From Microbotryum violaceum (Eukaryota): a stretch of DNA of 64,000 bases. This document shows, piece by piece, positions 1 through 21,562 of this stretch. The position numbers and the translations under genes were made by a program. Location of the stretch: positions 992,001 to 1,056,000 of the forward strand of contig CDLV01000004.1 in NCBI GenBank assembly GCA_001244265.2, in the 5' to 3' direction. Under the pieces are notes generated by a model. The model was not told where the DNA came from. It did not search any database and saw nothing but the letters and a program-made list of their open reading frames with translations. Every line of letters starts with the position of its first letter. Position 1 is the stretch's first letter.

Positions 1-752
1 CCTGTGGAATCAGGGATTCAACCATAATATCCAGCTATGCAAATTCCGCCACATCTGCGACATCTGCCGCGAGCAGATCCATGGCCGGAAAGTGTGTCCG
101 AAAACCCGCTCCGACCCCGGCGCTAAAGCAGTGGTACTGGCGTCCAACGCTGCGGCGCGCTCCACACACCACTGAGCGCAAGCTCTTCATCTACTTGATC
201 TCAATCTGTACATCAGCCAGTAGGATCTTCATTTGCCTGTACAATGCGCGACAAAATTTCACCCACCCTCCCGCTCCAAGGTTCCTGAAAAACCCTCATC
301 TTACATCTGCCAAATCATCAACAAAAACAATACCAAAATACGGAGTACGGGTTTTTCTCTTACCACTGCAACTCAACTCTTCCATCCTAAAACAAACGCC
401 ACAAACAGCGCGAACTATGGAGGAGTCAAATTAACCGACCCTCAGTGCTACGGACCTGATAACCCAATGTCCATACGGATACTAGAACGACCGGCTAAGG
501 CAGCCATAAAGTAGCTTTGCTCTTACAGAAGCTCTATAAAACTGCCTTACATAAATTGCAACACCTCCGTAGAGAAGACATACGTCTGTGGCTTTGATAG
601 AGTAATGACTCAAATTGTCACTCGATGGAAGCACCGCGTGCAGCGGTGCTCCAGAACGATAGACAGGATCAAACAATAGTAATTCACTAGAACCTCGGGT
701 CAGTGAGCTGGCGAAAGCCAAGGGAGGTTCTAGGCGCGCGCAAGCTATTCAA

Positions 753-5431
<4,679 letters not shown>

Positions 5432-5443
5432 TCAAAAAAAAAT

Positions 5444-7685
<2,242 letters not shown>

Positions 7686-8142
7686 GGTGTGGAGGGATAC
7701 GGATAGGCTATAGATGGAACAGGGCCCTGATGGGGAAGAGGGAGGCTAAGCCGAGGCGCAGAGCGTTGGGAAAGAAGTCAAGAGTGGATCGTGCAGCTTC
7801 AGCCGAGGCAACAAGCCAAGCTCGAGTCAGACGCGTCGCGTCGCCGAATGCCGGAACGGCAACGGCAGTGGCACCGGCGGTCCGGCGCGGTACTACCACT
7901 CACTAAAAGGTAAGGTTGTCATCCCCACAATAGGGCGAGCCACCTTTCAAGACTGGGAGGGTTCCTCATTGGGTCGTTTCAAGTTGTCGAAATACGCGTC
8001 AGCGAGCCAAATTTGCTCACTCAACAGATCGCGTTGATCGGAGGACCGAAGCATTCGACCCCCTGCATTCGACCCCCTGTGTGCCGCCGCCATCCGCCTG
8101 GCAAACCACCACACTTCGGCTAGGAAGGATCCAAAAAGAGTC

Positions 8143-10874
8143 TTAGTGATTACAGCTGAAGCAATTGGCAAGTAATGGCTCGGAACGACAACACCTATTC
8201 TGAGGAGAAATGGTATGGTGTACATCAAATGCTAAATGGCCCCCCCTGAGACGATCATCATCCTTGATCGCGCCGGTTCCAGCCCCCCCGTCGACGGAAA
8301 CATCGATCCCACCAAGTTTCAGTGAATGATCGTCCAGCGGTGGCTCAGTGAACTCGTCGCCATCTTCGTTGAGCATAATCACCGCTTCCTCGGCTTCTTC
8401 GCGATAAGCGCGCCATTGACGCGCCGCCTCCTTCTCTTGTCGATCTTCCTCGATTTCCTCTTCCTCATTTTCGTCCTCTTCTTCATCCTTCTCCCCGTCT
8501 TCGTCTTCATCCTCTTCATCTTCCTCTTCTTGCCCCTCTCCATCTTCCTCATCCTCCGACCCGTCCTCCTGATCAAGCGCCTCCATCTCCTTCTGCCTCG
8601 CCGCAATCTCCGCCGCCAAACTCGCCGACCTCGCCGCGAACTCATAATCGAACTGCTGGTTCTTCGCTCGCTCCCCTCCTCTCCCAAACGTAAATTCGCT
8701 CAACGCAATCTCGAGATTCGATCGTGCTTCATGTTCAGTGCTGAAGGGGGTCGAAGCCTCGAAATCATTGAAAGCCGTCGAGTAATCGTCTGAGGGATCG
8801 ACCGACGAAGTGGCTTTGGAGGACGCGGCGGAGGAGAAAGTCGACGATGCGCTGGAAGGGTAGGAAAAGTTCTCGTCGTGCTCGTGGCGATAGCCTCCGC
8901 TCGAGGTTGAAGTGTGCGGTTCGCGACCGTAGATCGAGCCGGCGCCACCTGCAGAGCCATCAAAGTTGAAACCGTAGGGATCCGCAGCTTCGTAGAACAA
9001 GGGTGTGATGGTCTCGCAGCGGTCGTCCATGCGGAGAGAGGAGCTCAATTCGTCAAAGCCGCTCAAGTCCTGGTTCAAAAGCGTCTCCTCGAACGACGCA
9101 CGGGTGGACAGGACGGGTGCATCGGCGAACGTGACCGAAGTTTGTGTAAGTGGACTCGTCGTCCAAGCATCGGCGACTGAAGAAGGCGGACCTGACACGG
9201 CTTCCATATTGGATGGGATCTCGAACGAAATGGTACGCTCGATGAGCCCTTGTTGAGGGTCCACAAAGTCATTGGCTTCAAAATCAGTCACTTGGCGCCA
9301 TCGATCGATCTGAGCCTCCGTGTCAAACGTCGGCACGAGCTCGAGAGCGGGCCAAACCGGCCGTTCTTGAGAATGAGAAGATACGACGCTCCCATTGCCC
9401 CCAACTGACGACGAGGATGACGAGGGCCACGAACTCGAGGGCACCTGAAAGGGCGCGTTCACGCTGCCGAAGGCGGAGTGGGGGTGTGAGCCGTTCTCGC
9501 TACTGATAACGTTGGGGTTGGCAATCACCGACGGGTCGGGCGTGACGTGTGTACCTGCACCCATCAAATCCCAGTTCTGCAGCTCTTCGACGCTGAGGGG
9601 CATCTGCCATGCGTGGCTCGGGAGTTTCGTAGACGTTGGAGTGTAAGCGATCGCATTCTCCTGCGGGGGCGGTACAGGCACCTGTGGGCTGTCTACCAGA
9701 TGCCAAAAGCTTGGGTCGAGCGAGGCAAGGATCCGTTCGACCGCGGCATCGGAAGTGTCCTCTTTGGCTTTCGGCTCCGAAATACGAGCATCGCGGGTGA
9801 TATGCGCAGGCGCGGGAATGTAAACTTGACTTTGCTGAGGAAAGAGCTCGCTCGAGGACGGCTTTATGTCGTGCGGTGAGATTGCGCGCTGCGGTGAAAT
9901 TGATTCGGCCCCCGTCGAAGGGGAAGGCTTGCGCGAAGAAGCAGAGGAGGCTGAAGAGGAGGCGCGCGTTGAGGCAGAGTGACCGTGCGGTGGGTGCCAT
10001 CCTACGACGGGGTACGGCGAGTACGCATGGGCTACGTGAGTCGTCGTGGCTTCATGTCCATGTGCCAAGTTGTGGGGCTTGCTCGCGGCGGTCGAGTCTT
10101 TCCTGCGACTGCCTGAGACGCTATTCTTGCGCCCAAGGGTGCTCGTATCGTGTGGGTTCTCCGTCGAGGAGGCCGATGAGCGCGTGGAAGAGCTTGACGA
10201 GACTTGGGATGAGTTCTGCCTCAATAGCGAGAAGGAAGGGTTGTTGAGCAGTTCTGTTGCGCCATTTGGTAGAGTAATGGGCGGAAGGCGTTCTGTGATG
10301 CAGATTCGGCAGAACGTCGTGCCGTGATCAGTTCAAGCGGTGGGATATGAATCATGCTCATGGGCCCCATCGAACTTGCCCTTGCCAGAACAGTGGCACT
10401 TCATATGAGTGTTGGTCTCCTGGCGATGGCGCTGACATTTGGAGCATTGCGTCTTGGGTCGACCTTTCTCTAAAGATGTAGAAAAGAGCATACGCGAGCG
10501 TCAGCTTGCGCGCCTCGTGGCCGGCGCGAGGTCGCACCCGGGAGAGCCCAAGAGCTTGACGTACTTTTGACCTCGGTGAGCGGACGATTGCCGTGGGCCT
10601 CTGGACAATTGGCACTGCGGTGCCCCTGTAGATGATGCAGCGGGAACTGGATCGTCAGTTACCGCCCCCCATGCGACCCAAACCCACTAGCCCGCACGAA
10701 AGCGGGTCGCCGCGCGGATCATGCCCCCGTTGTGCGAACACGACGAGGCGGCCCGGACGGCGGCCCGGACGGCGGCCCGGACGGCGGACGGCAGGCAGCG
10801 GAGACAGAGAGGGAGGCGAGGGCACTGACCCTCAAGCAGGGCTCGCACGTGAACTTGATACCGTCGATGATCAT
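8143..10874 (-). CDS. Copper-fist (Ace1/Amt1/Mac1/Haa1-family) DNA-binding transcription factor; exons 10874-10830, 10625-10565, 10469-10380, 10292-~8143 (3' end uncertain)
   Basis: Spliced N-terminus MIIDGIKFTCEPCLRGHRSANCPEAHGNRPLTEVKKKGRPKTQCSKCQRHRQETNTHMKCHC matches the copper-fist consensus (CxxCxRGHR...KGRP.TQC..C...H.KC.C). It joins in frame to the long Ser-rich/acidic ORF 8143-10224. Confidence 0.88.
10747..10788. repeat. 12-bp tandem repeat (GGCGGCCCGGAC x~3.5) in intron 1 of the copper-fist gene
   Basis: Directly visible. Confidence 0.8.
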
Positions 10875-11287
10875 CTTGACTGTTCCAGCGTGGTCGATCT
10901 CGAGTTACAGGTCCAGCCGCTCGTTCGTCTCCGAGGTAGAGGGCGCCTTGTGCGATGCACGGCGACGGTTTCGGCCACTGCCCCGGACGGAAACAGGCCT
11001 GAGAGGGAAACGGTCCGGGAGCGGCGAAGCGGGCGGAGATGAACGTGGTGCAGCTGAGTACGCTTTATCCTCCAAGACGAAGAGCCCGTCGATCATCCAC
11101 TCGTGTTATTGGCGTGAGCTCATGGTTCGACGGAGAGGGATGATGGCGTCAACAGCGTCTCGATCGCCCAGTGGTCCTGCGGTTTCAGAGTCCGAAGTGT
11201 ATGCGTCGAAACCGGAGGGGGAAGGAGTGAAGCGCGTGACACTGGTCGGCGCACGCCTACAGAAAGCACCTATGCGGGTCAAATAGG

Positions 11288-11514
11288 ACCCGGGAAAGCT
11301 CAGCCGGAAGTGCGTCTCGAAAAACCCCGTTTTTAGGCCAATTTGTACACCGAATATTCCTATTCAAGGGGTATGTGTGTAAGACCAGGTTATCGATTTA
11401 TGTTGAAAATTTACTCTACCATCAGAAACTAGGTCATGTAGCATCTTACAAGGCATGAATGGGCCCGAAAAGTGCAAATCTCCGAGACGCACATCGGGCT
11501 GAGCTTTCCGGGGT
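11288..11514. mobile_element. MITE-like element with imperfect ~50-bp terminal inverted repeats
   Basis: ACCCGGGAAAGCTCAGCCGGAAGTGCGTCTCG at left versus reverse complement ACCCCGGAAAGCTCAGCCCGATGTGCGTCTCG at right; AT-rich non-coding interior; no clear TSD. Confidence 0.6.
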
Positions 11515-11530
11515 GCGCTTGCGCCGGCCA

Positions 11531-11748
11531 CGACACATGTAAGGATATATCCTTACACATGAGTTAAGGTCAATACACAACCAAATCTGTTCATCTTGAT
11601 ATTGTAACATCAACATATAACTATTCCTGAATGGTGTCTGCAAGGACTACATGATAGCATGTGTATTGCAAGACTTGTAGTGATTCAAAATTTCTGTGTC
11701 CTTACCGCACCCTTGTATCCTTACATGTGTCGACACATGTAAGGATAC
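11531..11748. repeat. GACACATGTAAGGATA motif cluster including a perfect 34-bp palindrome (11715-11748)
   Basis: GTATCCTTACATGTGTC|GACACATGTAAGGATAC; second palindrome TGTAAGGATATATCCTTACA at 11538-11557. Confidence 0.8.
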
Positions 11749-12667
11749 GCCCGCGCACGCACATGCCATGTGGAACGACAGGAGGCGCACTCAGCTCGAA
11801 GCCTTTGTTCACATTTGTTCACCTAATTGTCCCCACACCGCCCATTGACGTCAACACCGTGGCACTGTTTGAATTTTGCGAACCAGCCAATTGCGACCTC
11901 CAGCTTTGTGCCAGCAGGCACGGACTCAAATCTTTCATCAATGAGATTGCGGAACCGCCAACTTCCCGACCGTGACGCCGGGCCCTGGGCTCGGACTCGT
12001 TCTGGAGCTGGAGACCGGCCCCAATGGCGGACTCCCAAGTAGAGATTCAAAGTCCCAAGCATCAAACGCCAATCAACGGTAGGAACCAATCGTCGAATCA
12101 GGAAAGGAAACGGCCAGTCGGTCCCCGAGTCGGCAAACTCAGCGCATCCTCAGGACGATTCTGGCGACCTTCAAGCTGAAGCATTGACCTGCACGGTGTC
12201 CGCACCGCGGCTATCGAAATCCCCGACTCCAACAGGAGAATTTCCTATCACCGATCGTACAAGCGACTTGCCTAATCGCATCAAGTCCGCAGAGGACTGC
12301 GAGGAGAACTGTGACAATTATGTGGACAATAAGCACAATGATCACAAGGACGACCGTGACAATGACTCACCTTGTTCCACTCGGCTCGCCCACGACACTC
12401 CCTTCCACCACACCATCAAGCAAGAGAAGTCAACAATGCCTCTCCTGTGCTCCCAGAACAGCGATCCCGGTTGGCCGTCGCTGCGCAGTCAAAGCAGTGT
12501 TGAGAGTGTGAATTCCGCTTCTACCCTCCAAGTCGGCTCGCTTTCACCAGCATTAGCTCCGAACCTCTCCCGTCTAAGCGTTTCACAACCCAAAGCTATT
12601 CCAAAGGACAGCTCCATTCTTCCCAAGCATCAACATACGACTCTTAAGCTTGAAGGTACGCCACATG

Positions 12668-13002
12668 TGTTGTCTAGATGGTAGGCCATTGGTAACGAGG
12701 CAAGGCGCGCGCCCGGAGGCTCGATTGGTTTTAAGGCAGTGGATTAGATAGGTGTCTGAGTGGATTATAGTCTTGTGCGTGGGCCTATGCCTTCGCAAAG
12801 CAGACTCCCTTGTTTATTTTTTCTTTAATCACTCGTTCCTTGACTATCGGTTCTGACACTGCGCTGTGTATCATCCTACCGCTGCCACCTATATAGGTTA
12901 GTTGCAATACTTCAATCACTTGTTCCTCAACTATTGGTTCTGACACTGCGCTGCATATCATCCTACCGCTGCCACCTCTATAGGTGGTGCACTTTTACAG
13001 CA
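12668..13002 (+). mobile_element. Solo LTR (Copia-like, 335 bp) with TSD ACATG and intron-like unit 12897-12983
   Basis: TG...CA ends; ACATG at 12663-12667 and 13003-13007; ~70-bp internal direct repeat; TAG|GTTAGT...TAG. Confidence 0.85.
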
Positions 13003-13445
13003 ACATGCGCTCTCCCAGCCTGCTTAACAAACGGCTTCACTGAAAACTGATATTGTCCGTTTGCCTTTCTTAGTGTTGATGGTCAACTCTGAGGTTTCCT
13101 TGAAACCTCTCTTGGCAACTAACGTGCCGATGATATTTACGCTGTTGGTGTCCATCTGATGTTAACGCTGTTAGTGTCCATCAACTTCACGGAGACAGGA
13201 CATTGTTTCGTCTATCTACGAGATATTTTGGAAGAGGTTGCTGAGCTAACTGGCCTAGCTCTCCAAGGTATGCAAGACAAGATTAGATCGGTTCCCGAGC
13301 AATGTTGACAGGCCACTCAGCCAGTTACTAACCGTTTAATTCAGCGACTTATCTGTGCCTTTGTACAGAGGACTCCTGCTTCGACTACTGGGTGGTCGAT
13401 GACGCGGCTACGTCATCTTGTTGTGGGAAATTAGTGGGGTCTGCG

Positions 13446-13633
13446 TGTAAGGCGCCGCTCCGCTTACGCCTCACGACAACCTCAGCGGCCGAAGCCTTAC
13501 TTGCGCGCGGCGCCATGCGCGCCTCTTGACCTTAGTCCTTTTAGTAGTTTATCTTCGCCTGCGGTTACACCGTTTGATCCTTTCTGTTCGAACTCGGAAT
13601 CAGTGAGGCTCGAGAGCGATCTCGTGCCTTTCA
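13446..13633. mobile_element. Solo LTR (188 bp, TGTAAGG...CA, Gypsy-like start) nested in the Copia A LTR, TSD CTGCG
   Basis: CTGCG at 13441-13445 and 13634-13638; the Copia A LTR sequence resumes afterwards. Confidence 0.85.
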
Positions 13634-13775
13634 CTGCGGTCCAGAGGGACTTCGACTCCATTGTAAGAGCGCAATGCGAACCGAAATAGCTGGGATGGAG
13701 TCGGATTTGCAGCATAAGAACCAGGCATCCGGTATTGTGTATTGTGGTGATGATCGGCAGATGTAAGATGTGGGT

Positions 13776-14353
13776 TCATGCTGAGTTGAGGAGGGCTTGC
13801 TGCAGCTGAGGGGAAACCCTGACGTACTCCTCCCAAGCGGACGAGCGCCAACGCCCGAGCCGCTTGATGATATCCGCCGAGAGACCTTGCAGAGCGTAGT
13901 GAGTCGCACCTCCGGCTCAAAGAGAGTGTCCACTGTAAGCTGATCCGAAGGTGCGACGGAGGTGGCCGATGAACCAGGTGCGGGTGGGTGGGAGACCTCC
14001 CCTTGTCAAGAACAGCAGGTCGGAGGACTTGTTCCGACTATCCCGGGCCTGCAGGTAGCGATGCAGGATGCGTAGGAAGGCTGGATCCGTCGTGCAGGGT
14101 GTGAAGTACAGGAATGACCCTTGCCAACGGCGGTCTGCTTTGTGGTACAAAAGATGGACTGAGAAGCCATTGGAGTCCATCTTCACTGTGCTGCGTTGCA
14201 GGAGTTTGGCTGGATCCCAAAAACGGATTGTTGAGGGAACAGTGAGCTCTGCACTCCGTGCACACGATGCAAAACCTAGAGACACCATCGCAAGAAACAG
14301 GAGCGAGTTGTAGTCCAGATCCCGGAGTGCCCCCGCCGTGCGAAGTACGAGGG
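13776..14353 (-). pseudogene. Tyrosine recombinase, C-terminal catalytic part
   Basis: GFASCARSAEL...HKAD...YSGHSL*AGGATHYALQGLSADIIKRLGRWRSSAWEEYVR. The HxxR arginine codon is a TGA stop at 13917-13919. The 5' part is cut by a Gypsy LTR. Confidence 0.85.
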
Positions 14354-16617
<2,264 letters not shown>

Positions 16618-16649
16618 GTTCGGTTCAAAATTCTCACGGACCACCACTC

Positions 16650-19600
16650 AATAAGAGACTGACGAGTGTGTAATCCAACCGTCAGTTAATTGCATATGAT
16701 AGTAGCCGTAGTGCTAGATGTACGTACCTGACGAGCGTGTAGTCCAACCGTGGAAAGAAGACAACGGTTGGTGCGCATTGCCAGGCTTCACTAAACAAAC
16801 GCGCGCTTCTAATCAAATAACCGATAGCCGCCTTCCTGCTAATCCTCATTCACAACACGCCAACTCGCCCCTTCACGCGATGAATATATAAGCCCCATCG
16901 CGTGTACAAACTGATAGTGCTTCTGTGTCCTGAGCCCCTTGGTGAGGACGTCCGCAGCCATGGTGCCCGTGGGCACCCAGACCATCTCAATCGTGCCTTC
17001 CGCGATGTGGTCCCGGATGAAGTGAAAGTGGATGCTAATATGTTTGGTACAAGCATGGAAAGCCGGGTGCTTGGCCAGAGTGATGGCGGACTGGTTGTCA
17101 CCCCGCAAACGAGTCGGAGCGGTCTGCTCAAAGCCAAGATCCGCAAGCAAACGACGTAACCAAATCCCCTTGCGAGCGGCGTATGACATGGCCACATACT
17201 CGGCCTCGGTACTGGAGAGGGTGACGAGAGTCTGTCGCTTGGCGATCCAAGAGATAGCTCCACCAGTGCACATGAACACGTAGCCCGAGACGCTCCGGCG
17301 AGTGACCGGGTCGGCGCCATGATCAGCATCAACGAATCCCTCCAAGATTGCCAACATAGGCTGGAAGGACTTCTGATAGCGGATGCCAAAATTGCGGGTA
17401 CCGACAAGGTAGCGCAGGATGTGTTTGAGCGCCTCCCAATGCTCCGCCATGAAGTTGTTGCAGAAACGAGCAGCCTTTGAAACGGCGAACGCGATGTCGG
17501 GTCGGGTGGTGCCAGAGAGGTATAAGAGCTTGCCTACAATGGCGTGATAGGGGATCGAGGCAGGATCAAAACCGGAGTCAGCGCGATTCCTCAGAGTCGA
17601 CGGAGCCGCGAGAGGCGTGGGGCGGGGGAGGCATTGGCCATGTGGTGTTCCTCGAGGATGGCATCGACGAAATGTCCCTGGTTGACGATCGCAGCACCCG
17701 TCTTGCCCTCACGACGGATGCTCTGGCCGAGGAAGAAGGAAGCCTCGTCGGTGCTGCGAGCTTCGAACCGAGCCTTGAGCTGACAGAGCACGCCGTCGAG
17801 ATCCCCGTCACCCGTGAGCAGACCGTCGTCAACATGAATGGAGAGGAAAGACCGTCGATCCCCCTCTTTGCGAACGAAAACGGTATGGTCACTGTTGGTG
17901 CGGGTGGCCAATGGACAGGATCCATTCAGTGAAGACCTTGTACCACTCGCGGCCCGCCTGAACGAGGCCATAGAGAGCGCACTGCAAGCGCACAATATCG
18001 CCTCCGGGTAGTCGCATGTAGATCTCGGTCCCGCCGAGGTTTGCCGTTGAGGTACGCAGACGAGACGTCAAACTGGCGGGTCTCCCACTCGTTCTCGACG
18101 GCGAGGGCAAGTAACAGTCGATGAGAGGTGGCTTGACCTGTGGGCGAGAACGAATTGATATGCACCCCCGACATCTTTGCATGTCCCCGCGCGCAACAAG
18201 TCGAGCTTTGTACTTGACAATTTGACCCTCCGCATTGCGCTTGACGAGGAGCACCCACATGCTCCCAATGACAATGGCCCCGAGCGGGGGTCGAACCGGC
18301 TTGGAGAACGCGTTCTTAGCGGCGAGAGCTCCCTCCTCCACCAACATGGCGGCCAGCCAGTAATCACGAAAGGGGCCAGCAAGGGCGGCCTGGACCGAAG
18401 GAGTGTCATTGCTGTCAATCTTGGCGAGGAGCGCAGAGACTACATCTGCGTGTCAGGGTCACCTTCGTCAAAGTCATCGAACTGGATGGCTGCGTGGTTG
18501 GCAAACTCCCAATGCTGTGCCGCGTGAGCAAATCCGAGGTAGTCAGGCGGACGGCGGGTCCGGGTGGAGCGATCACCATTGGGCGGTGCGTTTGCCAGGC
18601 CAGGGTTCGAAAATGCGAGGGCGGGCGGAACGGGTGGCGGAGCGGCGGCAGCGGGAGCCACGGCCGGCGCTTTGGCGACAGGGGGCGCAGCGGCGGAACC
18701 AATGCCGAGCGGCGCGGGCGGGTAAGACAAACCGACCGCAACAGGGATGGCAGGCATGGCAGGGCTCACCGTAGCGGGAAGGAAACGGTCCTCAAAGAAC
18801 CTGGCCTGAGACGATTCAAAGACCTTGTTGCAAACCGGATCGAAGAAGCGCCAGGCCTTGGATCGCGAGGAGTAGCCAACAAAGTAGCAGAGGCCGGATC
18901 GCGGGGCCAGCTTGTTGGGACGTTGCTCGGGGCGAGCGGCACATGAGCGGCACAGCCCCAGGTCTTGACACGGTCGAGGCGGGGGCGGCGGGTGTCCGTG
19001 ACCGGGTCCGAGGGTTCGTGCAGCACAGAGTCTGGGGTGCGCTGCTGGAGCGGCGACGAGGGGAGCAGATTTATGACGTAGATTGCGGCGTGCGCCGCTT
19101 CATCCCAAAGTGCGGGAGGCAGTCCCGAGCCGTTCCTGAACGCCCATCTGGCCGTGCTCGTACGCTGTGGAGAGCTCGTGGAAAATGCCCTGCGCGGCGA
19201 GCCAATCCCGGAGCCTGTGGTTCACAAACTCGCCCCCTCTGTCCGTGCGCAGCGTCGTGACGCCCTGGCCCCCATACTGGGTCTTCGACATCGCAACAAA
19301 ATCCTGAAGGACGGCTGACAAGTCACTCTTGAGCCGGATGCTGCGAGCCCAGCGGAAGCGCAAAAACTCGTCCGTGATGCCGCAGAGGTAACGAGCACCC
19401 GAAAGTGCGGGCACAGGGCAAGGACCCCACACGTCGGCAAAGACACGGGAGAAAGGTGCGTCCACGGGGTGGCCCGCGGGTTCCCGGTTCGGGGAAGAGA
19501 CGGTTTTGCCGGCGCAACAAGCATCGCACTGATCGAGGAGGCGAATCTGATCCGGAGTTACAGCTGCTACATCGAGTGGAATTTGACCCGACCTAACAAG

Positions 19601-21562
19601 CTCTACCAAATGACCCCAAGAAGGATGACCCAAGCGCTGATGCCAAAGCACTACGTCTGTAGGCAAGGTGGTGGCAGTCAGCGCCAGGTGATCCGCCCGA
19701 GGAGGTGGGTGAGAACTTGCCTGAAGCACGTAGTGGTTGTGATCGAGGGCGAAGGAAAGGCGGGAGGTCGCGCTCGAGATCGCGATCCCGGTATGTTTCC
19801 CAGCCGCGTCGCACTCGTTGGATAGCTCATACCCGTCCTTCATCAGGCCGGCAAGTGAGACGAGTTCAGCGGACAGACCGGGGACGAGGAGGACGTCGTG
19901 GAGCTCGATGGACGCTTCGTCGACACCGAACCGGAGAGTGCCCGTACCGGTCGCCATGGCACTGGAGTTGAAGGCGCCGACGACCCGGACGCGCTCCGTG
20001 GTGAAGGGCTTGAAGTCGATGAGGAGGTCCCGACGAGTTGTCATGTGGCGGGTCGCACCCGAATCAAGCAAGTAGCGCGGGATGTCGCTCAGGTACAGCA
20101 CCGTGTCGTCGTCACCAATGGGTACGCCGACGACAAAGTATCCCTCGTAGGCCTCGTCCTCGAGCTGAGCCTCGGTGCACGGTCGACGGCGACGAGCGCC
20201 ATTACGTCGGCCGCGCCAATGGTGATGTTGTGCTTGGCGAGAACAGCGATGCGGCGGCGAGAGACCTCTGCCGACGGCACCGTGCATCCGTCGCCAAGAT
20301 GTCCCTGCTCGTAGCACCTTCTGCGCTGCATCCGACCCAGTTTCAGGCGACCAGCGTGCGAGATCCCGTGAGGCCACCTCTCCTTGAGGCCGGGCACCCT
20401 CGAGGCCTGAAGGAAGGGGGCGCCGAGGGACCGGAAGGACGGCCCGAGGGTTTCGAGCGAGGACAACCCGAGGCTGGCTGACTCCGAGACTGCACCCGTG
20501 CCGCTAATGCCTCCGCGATGGGCTCGATCTGCCGGCTCGAGAAAAGTGCGGCCCTATGTATCGCGCCCTCAACTTGCTCGAGCGATGGGAGCGTGCCAAT
20601 GGAGTCGATGACCGTCACGAGGTTCCTCGGCATCCTAGCCTTCAAGAGGTCCATGCGAACGCCCTCGGACAGCGCGGGCGGTGGTACCCACTTGTCGAAA
20701 TCGCTCTGGGTAAACGATGTGCCGTCGATCCTGGCGCGTTGATAGGCTTTGTCACGGGAGACATGGGCGGCGACGAGGTCCTCAAACAACCGGTTGAAGT
20801 TCGCAAGCCATGGGTCGAGCGCTTCGCCGTCAACAAATGGCTCACACAAGAAGAGGGCGTTGAGCTTCGCTGAGCGCATGAAATCGTCCGAAGCGCGACC
20901 GAGATCCTTATCGAGCGCGGCCCACAAGTCGAGCGTGGCGTTGGCTTTGACACGGGCGAAGGTGGACTCCCCCAAGCATACAATTAGCGTGTTGCGCGCC
21001 TGCGCAAGGGCCTGATCGAGAGCGTCGACATCCTGACGGTACAATCGAAGTTGGTTGCGATAGGTGGCCACATTGTCTACCCGGTTGTCGCCCTCCAAGT
21101 GAGTGAACTCGGACTGCAAAGGCTCGGGGCCAACGTCTAGAACACCGGTGATGTGCTTGAGGCGGCCCTCGCCTTTCAGGACGTTCTGAAGTCGCTCCCT
21201 GGCAACACCCCAGTTGGTGGCGTCGACTTTGCCGTATAGGTCGCCCATCAGACTGACGTGGTCAGCCGTGGGAGTCGCCATCTTGGATATGCGCTGCGTC
21301 TTTTCTGCGTGCGGATCTGTGCCTTGCGGCAATACAGACGCTACCAAATAAGAGACTGACGAGCGTGTAATCCAACCGTCAGTTAATTGCATATGATAGT
21401 AGCCGTAGTGCTAGATGTACGTACCTGATGAGCGTGTAATCCAACCGTGGAGAGAAGACAACGGTTGGTGCGCATCGCCAGGCTTCACTAAACAAACGCG
21501 CGCTTCTAATCAAATAACCGAAAGCCGCCTTCCTGCTAATCCTCATTCACAACACGCCAACT
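16650..21562 (-). mobile_element. Ty1/Copia element family B, LTRs 21347-21562 and 16650-16865 (216 bp)
   Basis: Near-identical LTRs; PBS TGGTAGCG (3' end of initiator tRNA-Met, as in Ty1); LLDSGAT, RTDRGGEF, HVDD, ADVLTK motifs; many frameshifts; no TSD. Confidence 0.92.

Noticed and set aside
81-625. Short ORFs left of the Gypsy LTR
   Set aside because: No recognisable motif; not an evident continuation of the F-box gene
10270-10330. TFCRICITE as a RING-finger fragment
   Set aside because: Lies mostly within predicted intron 3 of the copper-fist gene
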